A program made the position numbers and the translations under genes. Of a DNA stretch of 64,000 bases, positions 1 to 13,967 are shown piece after piece. Below the pieces are notes generated by a model. That model did not search any database and was not told the origin of the DNA. It worked only from the letters and a program-made list of their open reading frames with translations. The first letter of the stretch is position 1; each line of letters starts with the position of its first letter. The stretch comes from Camelus ferus (Eukaryota), in the NCBI RefSeq assembly GCF_009834535.1, contig NC_045696.1:121894001-121958000 (forward strand), written 5' to 3'.

Positions 1-1686
1 GTCCTTTGAGTGCCAGGCTCTGATAGATGGCAGGATTACAGTTCTGATCCATGGGTCTGAAGCAGGGAAACAACAAAGAACTAGGGCAAGGTTAAAAAAT
101 AAGGCTCAATGCCTACATGGAGTCACCCCTTCAAGACTGGGAGAGATAGCTGTTTTACCTAACATCGAAACAGACACAAAGAGCCAAGAAAAAGGAAAAA
201 AAAAAAAGAAGAAAATATTCCATATGAAAGAACAAGATAAGTCCAAGGTGGGAGGGGCAGGGGGAGACCTTAATGAAATGGGGGAGATAAGTAATTTACC
301 TGATAAAGAATTCAAAGTAATGATCATAAAATTGCTCACTGAACTTAGGTGGAGTTTAGATGTACTTAGAAATTCAACAGAGGTAGAAAATGTAAGTACC
401 AAACAGAAGTCACAGAACCAAAGAATACAGTAACTGAACTGAAAAATATGCCTGAAGGGTTCAACAACGGGCTTAGATAAATCAGAAGGAAAAAGAAACA
501 GTGATCTCGAAGACAGAGCAGTGGAACTTACCCAAACAGAGCAGCAAACAGGAAAAAAAAAATTAAAAAAATAAAGATAGATTAAGGGACCTGTGAGCCA
601 AAATCATGCTAAATAATATTCATATGGGGTTATAGAAGCAGAAGAGAGGGAGGGGGCAGAAAACTTATTTGAACAAGTAATGGCTGAAAACTTCCCTAAC
701 CTAGGTAAGGAAACAGATATCCAGATCTAAAAAGCCCAGAGAATTTCAAACAAGAGGAATCCAGAGAGACCCAAACCAAGAGAAATTAGAGTTAAAATGC
801 CAAAAGTTAAAGATAAAGAGAGAATCTCAAAAGCAGCAAGAGAAAAACAACTTGTTATGTATAAGGGAACCCCCATAAGAGAAGCAGCAGATTTATAGCT
901 GAAACCTCGCAGGTCAGAAGGGAGTGGCAGGATATATGCAAAATGGTTAAAGGGAGTATCTTCCAACCAAGAGTACTTCACCCAGCAAAACTGCCATTCA
1001 GTTAATATTAAAGGAGAGAGCAAGTGTTTTCCAGACCAGCAAAAGCTAAGGGAGTTAATCACTGCTAAACTGGCCCTGCAAGAAATGTTGAAGGATCTTC
1101 TTTAAGCTGATAAGAAAGGACACTAACTAGTAACTAGAAAGCATATGAGAATAAAAGTCTCAGTGTTAAAGGTAAATTTATAGTACAGGAAGTTGATTAA
1201 TCACTTATAAAGCCAGTATGAAGGTTAAAAGTCAAAAGTAGTGAAAATAACCATAACTATAATAATTAATTAATAAGTAAGTTAGTTAGATTACACCAAA
1301 TTTTTAAAAATGCAGACTTGTAGAATATGTTCAAATTTGCTATCAACTTAAAATAAATTGTTATGTATGTATAATATATAGACTATTATCTGTGAGCTTC
1401 ATGGTAACCATAAAGCCAAAACCTATGATAGATACACAACAGATGATGAGAAAGGAGTGTAAGCATAACACTAGAGAAAGTCATCAAACAACAGGGAAAG
1501 AAAGAGAAGAAGAAAGAAACAGAAAGGAACTACAAAACAACCAGAGAAGAGATAACAAAATAGCAATAAGTACATACCTATCAATAATTATTTTAAATAT
1601 TTTAAATATAAATGGACTAAATTCTCCAGTCAAGAGACATAGAGAGGCTGAATGGCTAAAAAACAAGAACCAATTATATGCTGCCT
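1..1686 (+). mobile_element. L1 LINE fragment: ORF1, inter-ORF spacer and start of ORF2 endonuclease, truncated at ~1686
   Basis: ORF1-like peptide ISNLPDKEFKVMIIKLLTEL; ORF2 start peptide STYLSIIILN..NINGLNSPVKRHR; many stops and frameshifts. Confidence 0.9.
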
Positions 1687-3329
1687 AATTTGGTAAGAAA
1701 AATAATGATCTGGGCAGATTATACAGAAGGTAACAAAACAACTATGTCTTCTTAAGAGCAGACTGAATACTCCTACACCAATTTGTCATTTTAATAGAGA
1801 GAAAATGACATTCTAGTGCTGTGTCAATGTAATATTTAACACTAAGAATTCATGAAGTTTTTCTTTTGGTCTTACAAATACAGTTATAAAAACGGAGTCT
1901 ACTCTGCAAACATTTTAATGGCTTTCATTGCTTCTCTGCAGGTTCTTTATTTGCATTATTACAAATTAAGACAAAGTTAATTTTCTGCAAGCCTTCTAAA
2001 CTGTCTCTGTCCATACAAGATTTTTTTATGTCACTATCTTCTTCAACTTGTTGTACAGAATCTTTGCTTTAAGAAGAAATTACTGTCATTTCATACATTC
2101 CATTACTTTATCTACACATTTAGTCTTTTTCTGAAACCATTGTTCCTAGGATAGCTTCAATACTCATTTTAAACCAAGATACCTAATTTATTTTTCGCAT
2201 AAAATGTTGAAAGGTAAGTAATAACAGTTTCATACACAATCTTGTTAGTTTACCAGCAAATTTCATGAGCACATATAAAACAATTATCTATAGCTACACA
2301 ATCACTACTTTTACAGCTTCAAAGTGGCAAAAAGAAACATGTTCAGTAAAGAAAAAGCATTTCATAGCATTTGAAAATAATAAGCAAATATTGGTGACCA
2401 GGATTTCAAGTATTTTATTTTATATAGAAATCATCCAAGCGTTCAGTGATTATCCATTATTTAATAGAATGTTACATTAATACACAGTTTTAAAGTTAAC
2501 TGAAAGACTTGAAAATTATGTCTAAGCAGACTTGCCAATGAGTATAATTACTATTGATAAAATAAGTTTGTCAGAATTATATGTCAATTTAGTTGAATAA
2601 AATTTTAAAACTTTGGTTTCACTACCCCCTCCCACATGCTCCTCACATGTTATCTCAGAACTTAGGACCACAAAGCGAAGTAGTCCCTGTCAGCCCTGTT
2701 TAAAGATGAACTGACCGAAATGCCTGCGTGTTAAGTGGCGGAAGCAGCCTTGCCCACCAGTTTGCTGAGCTGCTTCTGAGTGTCTGTGTAACTTGAGAGC
2801 TCACACTCCACATTTCACACTTCAGCACTTTATTATATATTCTGCCTTTTATTATTCACTGATTCACATGACCAGTCTTGAACAAGTCAATGCTATTTAG
2901 TCTTTAGAATACATTAGGATCACTTAAGCAAAATACAATTTTTTGCTTTCCCCACCACTCCCAAGATTTGGGTTAGTAGGTGTATCGTAAAGCCAAGGAA
3001 TATGCATTTTAGCAACTTCTTTCCCTTTCCCAGCCCCTTGATACTAATTCAGTTTCTTTTTGAGACACACTGAATTAAACTAAATTTGAGGGACAGAACC
3101 ATTATGCATTGTGCATGGTCTAGAGTAAACTTTTGGCAAAGTATTTGCTGATAGATTTCTATTTTAACTGACATTTTTATTGGTAAGTTTTTAGATACAG
3201 TGTAGCTGTACGTAACAGAAATACCAGCCAAAATGGCTTAAACGTAAGGACATTGATTAGCTCACATAAAAAGAAAAATCTAGTTGGATTAATTTAGAAG
3301 CTTAACCACATTTCCTTCCTTCCTTCCTT

Positions 3330-5050
3330 TTTTCCTTCCACATTTTCACAGCCTCCACCCATTTCTCCCACTGAACCCCCACCCCTACTTTGGCAACTGC
3401 CAATTTATTTTCTGTATCTATGAACTTGGTTTTTATTTTTTAACTTTTATTATTATACTTTTTAGATTCTACATGTGAGAGGTCATATGGTATTTATTTG
3501 CTTTTATCTGCCTAAGTTATTTCACTTAACACAATGCCCTCAAGCTCAATCTGTGTTATTAAAAATGGCAAGATTTCATTCTTCTTTATGGCTGAGTAAT
3601 ATTCTATCATAGATATGAATTATATATATCTATATGATATATATAAAATACCTTCTTTCTTTATTTATCCATCTGTGGACACCCAGGTTGCTTCTTTGTC
3701 TTGGCTATTGTAAATAATGCTGCAGTGAACATGGGACTGCAGGTACCTCTTTGAATTCGTGTTTTTATTTCCATTCAGATAAATACCCAGAAGTGGAGTT
3801 GCTGGATTATAGGTAGAGCTATTTTTAATCTTTTGAGGGACATTCATACTGTTTTCCATAGTGGCTGCATCAATTTACATTTCCACCAACAGTGCACAAG
3901 GATTCTCTTTTCTCCACAGTCTTGACAACACTTGTTATTTTCTTGTACATTTGAAAATAGCCATTCTGACAGATTTGAGTTGGTATCTCATTGTGGTTTT
4001 GATTTGCATTTTCCATTTGATTTGCATTGATCATTAGTGGTGCTGAGCACCTTTTAACATATCTGTCAGCCATCTGTTTGTCTTGTTTTGGAAGAATGTC
4101 TATTCAGATCTTCTGCCCATTTTTTAACTCGATTGCAAGTTTTTCTTGCTATTGGATTGTATGAGTTTTTTATTTAGCTAGCTAGCTAGATAAAAATTTT
4201 TGGAGATTAATCCTTTATCAGATACATTGTTTGAAAATTTCCTCTCCCGTTGGGTAGGTTGCCTTTTCATTTTTTCATGGTTTTCTTTGCTGTGCAGAGC
4301 TTTTTAGTTTGATGTAGTCCCACTTGTTTATTTTTGCGTTTGTTACCTTTGCTTTTGGTGTCAAATCCAAAAAATCTTCAACAAGACTAATGTCAAAAAG
4401 CTTACTGCCTATTTTCATTTCTAGGAGTTTTGAAGTCAGTTCTCGATGTTCAAGTCTTTAATCTATTTTGTGTTAGTTTTTGTGTATGGTGTAAGACAGT
4501 GGTCAAGTTTCATTTAGTTGCATGTGACTGTCCACTTTTCCAAGGACCATTTATTGAAGAGATTGCCCCTTCCCCATTGTATATTCTTGGCTCCTTTGTT
4601 ATAAATAAACTGACCGTATATGTGTGGGTTTACTTCTGGGCTCTCTATTCTGTTCCATTGATCTGTGTGTCTGTTTTCTTGCCAATACTATGTTGTTTCG
4701 ATTACTACAGCTTTAGAATAGAGTTTGAAGTCAGACAGCATGATGCCTCCAGCATTATTCTTTCTCAAGATTGCTTTGGCTATTGGGGGTCTTTTGGGTT
4801 TCCATACAAATTTTAGAATTTTTTGTTCTAGTTCTGTGAAGAATGTTATCTGTATTTTTGATAGTGATTGCATTAAATCTGTAGAATGCTTTGGGTAGCA
4901 TGGGTATATTTTAGCACTGTTAATTGTTTAATTCCATGAGCATGGAATATCTTTCTATCTATTTTGTCTACTTTAATTTGTTTCTTACTGTCATGTAGTT
5001 TTCAGTGTACAGATCTTCCCCCTCCTTGGTTAAATTTATTTCTAGGTATT
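3330..5050 (-). mobile_element. L1 LINE 3' part (ORF2 C-terminal region and 3' UTR)
   Basis: Minus-strand peptide [42 protein letters not shown]; typical L1 3' UTR text. Confidence 0.92.
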
Positions 5051-6336
5051 AAATACAGTTGTGTATTTTTCATCATCTTGAACATGGTGTGCAAGAACTA
5101 TTACCCTATATGATCAGGTAACTGGTATGAAAACTTTAGGGGGTTCAGGTAAATTGCTGTCTTCATGAGACAACATGTCTTATTTAAAAGTTAAAATCTA
5201 TGAATTATACTCCACATTCACTTAACAGAGGAGACTGTTGGAAGCATTCTTAAACTTAAACTTAATATTAAACTAAAATTACCAAAGCAATCTGAATTAT
5301 CAAAAAATTTAACTTGACTACATAAACATTTTTTATAGAAAAATGTTAGTAAAGGGGGATTTTAAAAAATAGATTAGCACAACTAAAATATTAGAATTCA
5401 GTTCCTTTATATGTGACTTTGTTTTTGTGATATGACTACATTCCTCCTAGCAATTCCTTTCAATACTGCTCTCCCCAAATACATGTTTTTTGGAGGGTGG
5501 GGTGACTCCCTGCTTCACTTCCATTGCCTTAATAGCTGGGACAGGCTGAAAATTCACAGATTCATGTGGATCAGGTGCTTGGCAAGGTTTCGGCAGATTT
5601 CAGGTGACACAGGGAGCTGGCAGTGGTAACACAGATGGAAGAACCTAGCACGCACTCAGTGGATGTACCGGGGCCGCTCTCCTGCAAGGCAAGGCCCCCG
5701 CAGGTTCTGGATCCTCTGCATGGAGGATGAGGCCAGGATGTGAAAGGCGTGTTTGAGAAGGGAGAAGCACCTCAGGGCACGGAGCACAGGGCTGCAGGGA
5801 TGTGGAAGAAGGAAGTGAATCAGGTCCTGGTGAGATGGTCCTCACTAGAGCTAGAAGCAGTAACTTCCCCCTCTCTTGTATTTTCCCTCAGACACCTCCT
5901 CACAGTGCATCTCTGTCACGCTCTTCTCTCTGACACACAGACTACACACACCATGTGACCAACAGCCACGGGGTTAATCCCTCATTAAACCACACTTCTC
6001 TGCCCATGAAACCTCACTTGTCATCTGCATTTGGTTCACTTCACATTCATGGCAAGAAGTCACGATGGGTTTGATTTTGCAGGTACAGGCATTTCCTCAG
6101 TTCAAGTCCCCCCCCCATTGCCCTCTCTCCTGACAGGCTCACTGATACCCAGTGACATTCGGTACAGTAGTCAGACCCAGTTTCCTTTCTCATGTGTTCT
6201 AGTGTAACAGACAGGCAGCGGTGGTGGCGTCACTGTTGGACACTGTCTGGGATGACGGAATGGATCATGTGAACTGACCACAACACAAGCCAGTGGAGCC
6301 TTTGCACCATCCATCAGCCGCAGGGGTTTGTCTCAC

Positions 6337-6412
6337 CGTAGCTCCAGACATCACTCTGGTGGGTATAAATTCAGTGTAAAATCGATTCCAAAGCCATCCA
6401 CTTGATAGGCAC
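6337..6412 (-). pseudogene. EGFR: EGFR exon 22 paralogous copy (76 nt) with an in-frame TGA
   Basis: cccaag|GTGCCTATCAAGTGGATGGCTTTGGAATCG...GGAGCTACG|gtgaga translates [24 protein letters not shown](G); length equals EGFR exon 22; TGA at 6373-6371. Confidence 0.95.
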
Positions 6413-7189
6413 CTTGGGATGATGAGAGATAAAAGTAGTAAGACAGCTATTAGCTTCCCTCTGTTAAAAAAAAAGCAATAAATCACACAGGGACAAATTA
6501 CAAGTGACAGAGGCGAGGAAGCCTGGGCCACCTCCACCCCGACCCCCAGGCCCAGGGCTCCTTCCCAGCGGGAGGAGAGCTTTTAGTCTGATAGAGAACA
6601 GGTCTGTTCGGCCCCAGAGCTAAGGGCCTTTGGTCTGTGGGCTGTTCTGCTGAGCTGGGCACCCGAGCTGGGAGCTGGGGGCCCAGGTCGGGCCCGGTGT
6701 CTGTGGGTGTCTGCAGGGGCCGGCGGCTTGCAGCCATGCGGGCCAAGTGAAACTGAAGGGGGTGCAGCTGACCCAGCGTGTCTGGAGGGCCTAATGGGAG
6801 GCCAGCGCCCCTCACTGCTGCGGGAGCCCCTGGAGAACTGCGGGCCTGTCCCTCCACGGCGGCCAGGGCCCTTTGGGAGCTCCTGGAACAACTCAGGGTG
6901 GCTTTCAGCGCTGCTCTCAAGGCCCCTAACCTTGGCGAATGGTCACTAAGAGCTGGAGCTGAACTCGTGATCACTGCCTTTGGCTTCTCGATGTGTCTGA
7001 AAGACCTTGACTCACTTTCCCAGCAAATCCTGCTCCCCGAGCATCTCTGGCTGAGCTGGACAAAAGGCCTGGCTCGACCCAGGTGTCAGTGACAGCTGCT
7101 GTGACCTCACCCAGAACGTCCTGAGAATGCCCCTGCTCGGTGATTCTGCCGGCAGGAGGGTGCTCACCCCTCCACCCACCAGCTCCTCA

Positions 7190-7438
<249 letters not shown>

Positions 7439-8058
7439 TCAGGGTTTAGTATCATGTACGCACCAGTCTCGGAGCCCCTCCACGCCAGGGAAGGCACTGG
7501 AGCCCATCCTGGGACGTCCCTTGACGGACACAGCAAATTGCATCTTGTAACGTTAGTGACTCTCTGCTCCATGGATGAAAAGTGAAGACACGAAGCATCA
7601 CTAGCTGCTGACTTACTAACATCTCCATCCAGTTACTCAGGTTTCAAACTCAGATGAAACAAGAAGAGGCCAGAGGAGGCCCACACCTGGGCCGAGACCT
7701 GGTTCTGGATCCATCACCACCTGCCTGGCCTCGCCTTCTCTGTGCCAGCGCATCTGGGACGCTGCCCTCCCTGGCCTCAGGGCTGGGAACCCTCTCTTTC
7801 ATGCTTTCCTGGACTGTCTTACAGGATTCAGTACCAGTGAAGGTTCTGTCCTGTTTTATTTTTTCTCTCTCTCTCTCTTTCTCTATTTTTAATTGAAGTC
7901 ATGTGGGTATTGAATTTGCTTTACAAAGTGCCACTCCCCACCCCTCCCTGGCTGCCTCCATAATTCTGCTGTAATTAGAATTAAGGCTGTAAGAGGAAGA
8001 AAGAATATGTGAGAAGCACCCAGCACAGTGCCCGACATGTAATGAATTCTCTGATGTA

Positions 8059-8397
8059 TAGTTGTCCTTTGGTACCTGTGAGATCAGTTCCAGGCCCCCC
8101 CTCCTTCCCACTCAATGCTGTAGAAGTTCAAATCCCTTATATAAAATAGCACAGAATTTGTATAAACCTACATACACCCTCTGACATATTTAAAGTCATT
8201 TCTAGATGACTTGTAACACCTAATACAATATGACTAGCTGTAAACACAATGTAAATGCTATGTAAATTTGCCTGTGCCCAGAAAATTTGAATTTTATTTT
8301 TCGGAGCTTTCTGGAATTTTTTTCCCTCAAATATTTTTTTACCCATGGTTTGTTGATTCTGCAGATGCAGAAATCATGGCTGTGAAGGGCTGACTGT
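8059..8397. mobile_element. MER2-like TcMar-Tigger non-autonomous DNA transposon
   Basis: Ends tagttgtcctt... and ...aagggctgactg; internal cccttatataaaat and aatgtaaatgctatgtaaat typical of MER2. Confidence 0.75.
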
Positions 8398-9189
8398 GTG
8401 TCCTCTCAACTCCAGTCCTTGTCCACAGCCTTCTTGGTGTCTTTGTCACCTGCCCCTCCTCCTCTGACAGGTGGGGGTGACTTCCCACCCTTTCTCCTGG
8501 CCTGATGGCTGTTCCACTGAGCCTAGCTCCATGGGGCCCTACCAAGCCCTAGCCTGTGGACATGAGTGTGGCAGCCCTCGCCTGTCAGGGTCAGACTGGC
8601 AGGCAGGAGGGGAGGAGGGTCAAGGTCTGCACACGTCCTGTGTTGTTGGTACCACATTCCCTCCACCTCCTCACAATGGCCACTTCCTCGCTCCAGCCTG
8701 GAGGGTGGACCACATTTCCAGCTTCCCAGGCACTGAAGAACTCTCCAGCAGAGGAGGCATCACAGACAAGCTTACAGAAGGCATGGAATGGAAACGGACT
8801 GGTTCAAACAACTCTGCTTCCCTCCCCAGCTTTCTGTAGCTCTCTCCATTTTACTGCAAATACAGGGAGCACGTGTAGTAAGAATAGATCCCAAATTTTC
8901 TGGCAAGTTCTTTGCTTCCTCTTGCATAGATTTTAGGTAAAAAAAAAAAAATTAATTAACTTGTCACATTGGAGCGAAATTTAAACATTTTCTTCCTAGA
9001 GCAAAATTAGCCATCACAGGAAAAGAGGATCTTACAAAGGCACTACCAGGAAGTAGTCTTGGAGGGCTGTTTGTGAGGCCTTTGGTAGTTTTCTTTTCTT
9101 GGGGGTAAAAAAAGATTGATTCCCATGTCTCCCTTGTATTATCTAGAAAGCTCTTGAATGTTTAAGATGTTATTTGACTTATGTTTTTG

Positions 9190-9302
9190 GGTGGTGGGGA
9201 GGTAACTAGGTCTATTTGTTTATTTTTAATGGAGGCCCTGGAGATTGAACCCAGGTCCTGCTGGGTGCTAAGCATGAGCTCTGCCACTGTGCTCCACCTG
9301 CC
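9190..9302 (-). mobile_element. tRNA-Ala-derived camelid SINE (vic-1-like)
   Basis: Reverse complement has A/B-box tRNA head (agcacagtggcagagc...gggttcaatctcc); flanked by an approximate TSD tttgactt. Confidence 0.8.
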
Positions 9303-11059
9303 CGGCCGTTGTTTGACTTGAATGCTTCCCTTCCTAAGATGGCTCAGGTGCTGGGAAGTAAGGCTAAGGGGCTCCTGTCCACTCAGGAGGAGGCTAGCAG
9401 GTGTCCCCCTGGAACAGCACTTCCAAATTAGGAATTATTATTTAGGGGTGGAGCGTGGAGAGGGAGAGGGAAGCCACGCCGAGAAGACGCTTCCCAACCG
9501 AGTAGGACCTCCTAGCCCGGCACCTCTCCCGCTTCCAGTGAGGGGGGGGCCTCTCTGAGGAGTCACTAAACCCACAAGGAGGGCTCCAGAGGGCATCTCC
9601 AGCTACATTTAGCTATCGTCCTGAACTTTCACTCTGCCTCTTGAGATGCCTCATGGAGAACTTGGTAGACTGGATGCATTTTTGCGAGAGCTTGTTGAAG
9701 AATGGAGGCTGGGATGAGCGGGTGTAACAGCGGCTGACAGCCTGAGCCAGGCATTTCAAACAGGCCCACGAGGAAGCCCCTGCTGGGGCTGGCAGTCCCG
9801 CACCCACACCACCGCCCTGACAGTCACCCAGGGGTCCAGAGTCTGGGATGACGCTTCCCAGACCAAGGGCTGGGAGTCCCCGTGATCACCACTGGGACCA
9901 TGTCCTTAATTTCCTGCAGGGGACTCCATGTGAAACTTGCCTGCTGACTGGTCCAAAGACTGCTTTGGATGCCAAAAAAACCCCAAACACCCCCCCCCAA
10001 CACCTGCCGCTGCGCAGGTCCACGTCTGCGTGAGTCTAACAAATGGAACTGAGCACCCCCGTCCCACTTCCCCCCCACCACTCAGGTCTTTAAAGGACCA
10101 GAGCAACTGCAATAAATCATTACATTTTTCAGGAACCAGTCTTCAGAGGAGGCTGGGAAAGGGGAGAAAAGAGCAATTTCCATATTCTGGAGCACACAGC
10201 TAATCCACAGAGGGGTTTCAATCAGATGACAGGACGAGATGAGGGTCATCTGAACTTTGATAAAACTTCCTTCACTGGTCTCTGCCCTGCAGTATAGAAG
10301 CAACTTGAAAGGCCATCTCTGTGCCCAGAGGAGTTATATTTTAGCCAGGTACCAAAGGTAAGAGCCCTGATGTGGCTTGTGAGCCCTCAGGATCCAGACA
10401 GACAGCCACAGGGGGGCAGTATGCGCATGAGCCTTGCGGGGCCTCTTGGAAACTCATTTCCCCTGACTCTTCTCTGAGATCCTCACTTTAATTCAGTGGA
10501 ACAGATTTATTTTGTTGGTTAACATAGGAGAGCTGGGGTGGGTGTTGCAAAACTCAGGCTAAAAGGCGATTTGAGGAGCTGCCCTGGGTGCACAGGAGAC
10601 TCAGGGCCGCTGCATATGGGCTTTAAAGACTCCTGGCACAGCACCCTCGGAAGAAGAAAGGCCTGGGGAGGGCTTGACATGTGCGGGCTGTCTTCCCAGG
10701 CGCTGCAGCACCCCACAACTCCAGGGAGGAGCCCCAAGGGAGAGGCAGGAGTGAGCTGGATTTCTGGTCTGTTTATCAGCCACCAAGTGGAGAAGCCGGA
10801 GGAGCGCTGCCTTGGTGGAGACAGAAAGGCAGAAAGTAGGCGTGGAGGGGTAGGTGGGGGGTCTGGGGAGAGTAAGGGAAAGCCTGGCCTCGACCCCACC
10901 GAACACCTGCCCTCAGGGGAGCCAGGAAAGTGTGAGAACACCCTGTCCCACCCAGAGATGGCTCGGCACCAGCCTCCTGCTGTGCGGGAACAGCAGCACA
11001 GCTGGACTCAGGCCTGCGGGTCCTACTCTGACCATGAGGTCAAGTGCTGGCAAGGATGC

Positions 11060-11210
11060 CCCAAGTCAGATCCTGATTTTGCTGCTTGCCAGCTTGAGAC
11101 CTTCGCAAGTGACCAAAACACCCCAGGCCTCACTTTCCCCGTATGTAAAATGGGCTACTCGGGGGATTAAGTGATTACAATCCACGTGGAGCACTTAGGA
11201 TGCGGCCCAG
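11060..11210. mobile_element. MIR SINE fragment
   Basis: Core ggcctcactttccccgtatgtaaaatggg and gagcacttag. Confidence 0.6.
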
Positions 11211-13863
11211 GGAGAGCCTCCGTCACTGCTTTCACTGTTCATTTCCTCCTGAACGTCAGCTCCACCCTCTCTTCTCCACCTCTTCTCCCATGACCTTGAA
11301 TTAGGCTGCCCTGTCCTGCTACACTTTCCACAAGTCTGATCATGAATATATTCCATGTGGCGCCCTTTGCTTTTGTGATGAAGCTGGGCTTGCTTGGCCC
11401 TGGGGGTGGCCCCCCTCTGCTCCCTCCCCTCTTGGCTCCTCCCGGCCCCTCACCCCTTCCACAGTCCTCAGCGTCCCAGCCACCTCTCACGGGCTTCCCC
11501 CCTCAGACGGTCCCCAGGACACAGTCAGGTTCTCACTCACGTCCACAGCATGGGGCTCTTGAGGGTGAGGGACGGGTTGGCTTTCTCACCACTGTCTTCC
11601 CTGGACTGGCGCGTGGCCGGCACACTGAGCCCACTCTGCTGATCCCCGTGTGACCTGCACAGCAGCCTCTGGGCATCGGGGCCCTCAGCCCGCCTGCTCT
11701 AACCCACTCCTTCCCTGCTGCACCGCTAGCTCTGTGTGCATCTGTTTTCCTCGCCTGTCTGTAAGTTTGGGGAGATAAGAACGCCTGTCTTCTTTATATA
11801 TATGCGTTTCACGTGTTACCTGACGCTGACGGGCAAATGCCCAAGAAATGAAGAAGCGAAATGTCCTAGAGTTGATACATAAACGTTGGTGGGACAGCAG
11901 CTTTTGGCTTTATAATGACATACTGTGAAGTGGTCATTTATGTTGATGAAGTTCCGCTGTGACCTTTTCTGCAAGAATGTAAAATAAATTTAAAAAATAA
12001 TCCAAGTAACTGCGCTGTCTGGTCATCGGCTCTGCTGTGTGGCTCTGGGCCTCTCTCTGGGCTTGTTGTCTGGGGGTTTATGCAGGTGTGTGCTTTGCAG
12101 GGGAGTCAGCCCCTAGGTGTCCGCTCTGGCCCTGTGGATGGAGGCTGGCGGCCGAGTCAACACCCCCGGGCTGCGCTTGGAATCTCACGGTTAGGAGTCC
12201 TGACCTGGAGCACAGGAAAGCCAGGATGAGGGAGCAGACCTGGGGAGAGGGCCAGGCCCCTGGGCCCAGGTGGGAGGTTGTGCACTTGAAGCTGCTCAGA
12301 ACAGTCGGCGTCTCCCTCCCGAAGGCTGAGCGAGGCTGACTGATGTCAGCCCCTCTTCCAGACCCTCCTCCAGCATAAATTTCATTCTCTCCCACTCCTG
12401 CTCGTCCATCAAGGCCACATTATAATTTGTCAACGTGGGTTCCATGACGTGGCACTTAGAACCAGGCACATGTGGCCCGGATGTTCTGTGACATCTTAGT
12501 GCGTGGCCACCTTCCTTCCTCACCTGGACGTGCCTTCCCTCAGCTGCTCACATGCCCTAAGAGCTCTTAGAACTGTGAGCAGTAAAAACACCTAGGGCTT
12601 TGTCAAATGCATTTAGACCAAACTAAGTATCCTGCATATTTGAAAAGTGGATCCTTTGAACGGAATGTTTTTTAAAGTTCATCCTTATTAAGTTTTCTGT
12701 TATACACTGAACAAGGCGTCGTGTGGTGCTGATGGAGCTGTGGTTCCTTCCTCAGAGCCTCTCCCTCCCCCTCCTAGCCACCGTCACCTCTCACCGCGGC
12801 CTGGCCAAGGATCTGTAACTTATATCATCTCTCTGAAGACTCACTTTTGTGAGAACTTAATCCGCACTAGGGAATAAGAAAGCTCTGCGGTCCCAAAGAT
12901 TCAGGACAATGTTAGATTAATCGCAGCCTGGATGGCTGACAGGTGCAGGGCTCTGAGATGTCCTAAAGGAAGAGCCCGGCCCAGCAGGCGTGTTCTCTGA
13001 ACTGAACTGATAACAGCATCTCTTGGATGAGAAGATTTTACGATATTTTTGTGCTGTCAGATTATTTTGGGACTTACTAGCTGGTTTATGTAGCAAGAAA
13101 GAATGGGGGCACGTTCTGAAGCACCTGAGTCGCTCCTAGTGAGTGAGTGCCACCTGTGCCTCCATGAGCCCGGAGTTTAGGAGGTGATCATCTCTCTGAC
13201 GAGTGAGCACCCGCCTGGCCCAGGCCTAGAGTCCACTCTCACCACGCAAAGAAGGGCATCCCTGCTCTCCCAGCCCCACCCTGGTTCCCTCCCTAGGCCA
13301 TCTCTGGGTTTTGTTTGTTTTTTTTTTTTTTCTTTTTTCTTTTACCTGGGTGATAGAATTTTATGCATCCTCTTAGCAGTTTAGCCGGGACAAGAAACTT
13401 GCATAACAGTGCCAAGCTCTCCACCGGTATTTGGAGAACTTCCCAGGAGGGCCCGTGCCTTTGTGAATCAGCAAGGACGTTTATAAGGCAGTAGCGTCAG
13501 CAGGTTTAGCTTCCGGTCAGCCACTAAGTATTCCTGGGCAGTTTCACTTCTAACTTTTACAAAGAACACTGTTCACTACTTAGGGAAATAGACACTAACC
13601 CAAGAGCAAATTTCTCTCTTTACAACTGAGGAAATTATTGTTTTCCTTTCCCTCCAGGGACAGACACTGCCACACTACAGCTATTCCAGTGCCATGGGGT
13701 AGGTTTCTTTGTGAAATGCGGTTCTGTCACAGACAAAGGCTGCCAGCTGCAACGTGAAAGGACTCCAGATGGAGGTAAACCCAAACGAAGTGCCACTGGC
13801 AGAGCACTGGATTTAAACAGCAGGTTGAAATTGTGAGTAATGTTACACAGAGAAAAACTTTCT

Positions 13864-13967
13864 GGCCCGGGAAACTCAACTCATGCACTTTGGAAACTCA
13901 CCCCTGACTGGGGCCTGGGAAACTCAACTCATGCACTTTGGAAACTCACCCCTGACCGGGGCCCGGG
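13864..13967. repeat. Tandem duplication, 48-bp unit, about 2.2 copies
   Basis: ggccygggaaactcaactcatgcactttggaaactcacccctgacygg starts at 13864 and 13912, with a partial copy at 13960. Confidence 0.95.

Noticed and set aside
13864..13967. CRISPR-like array
   Set aside because: Eukaryotic DNA; a simple tandem duplication without unique spacers.
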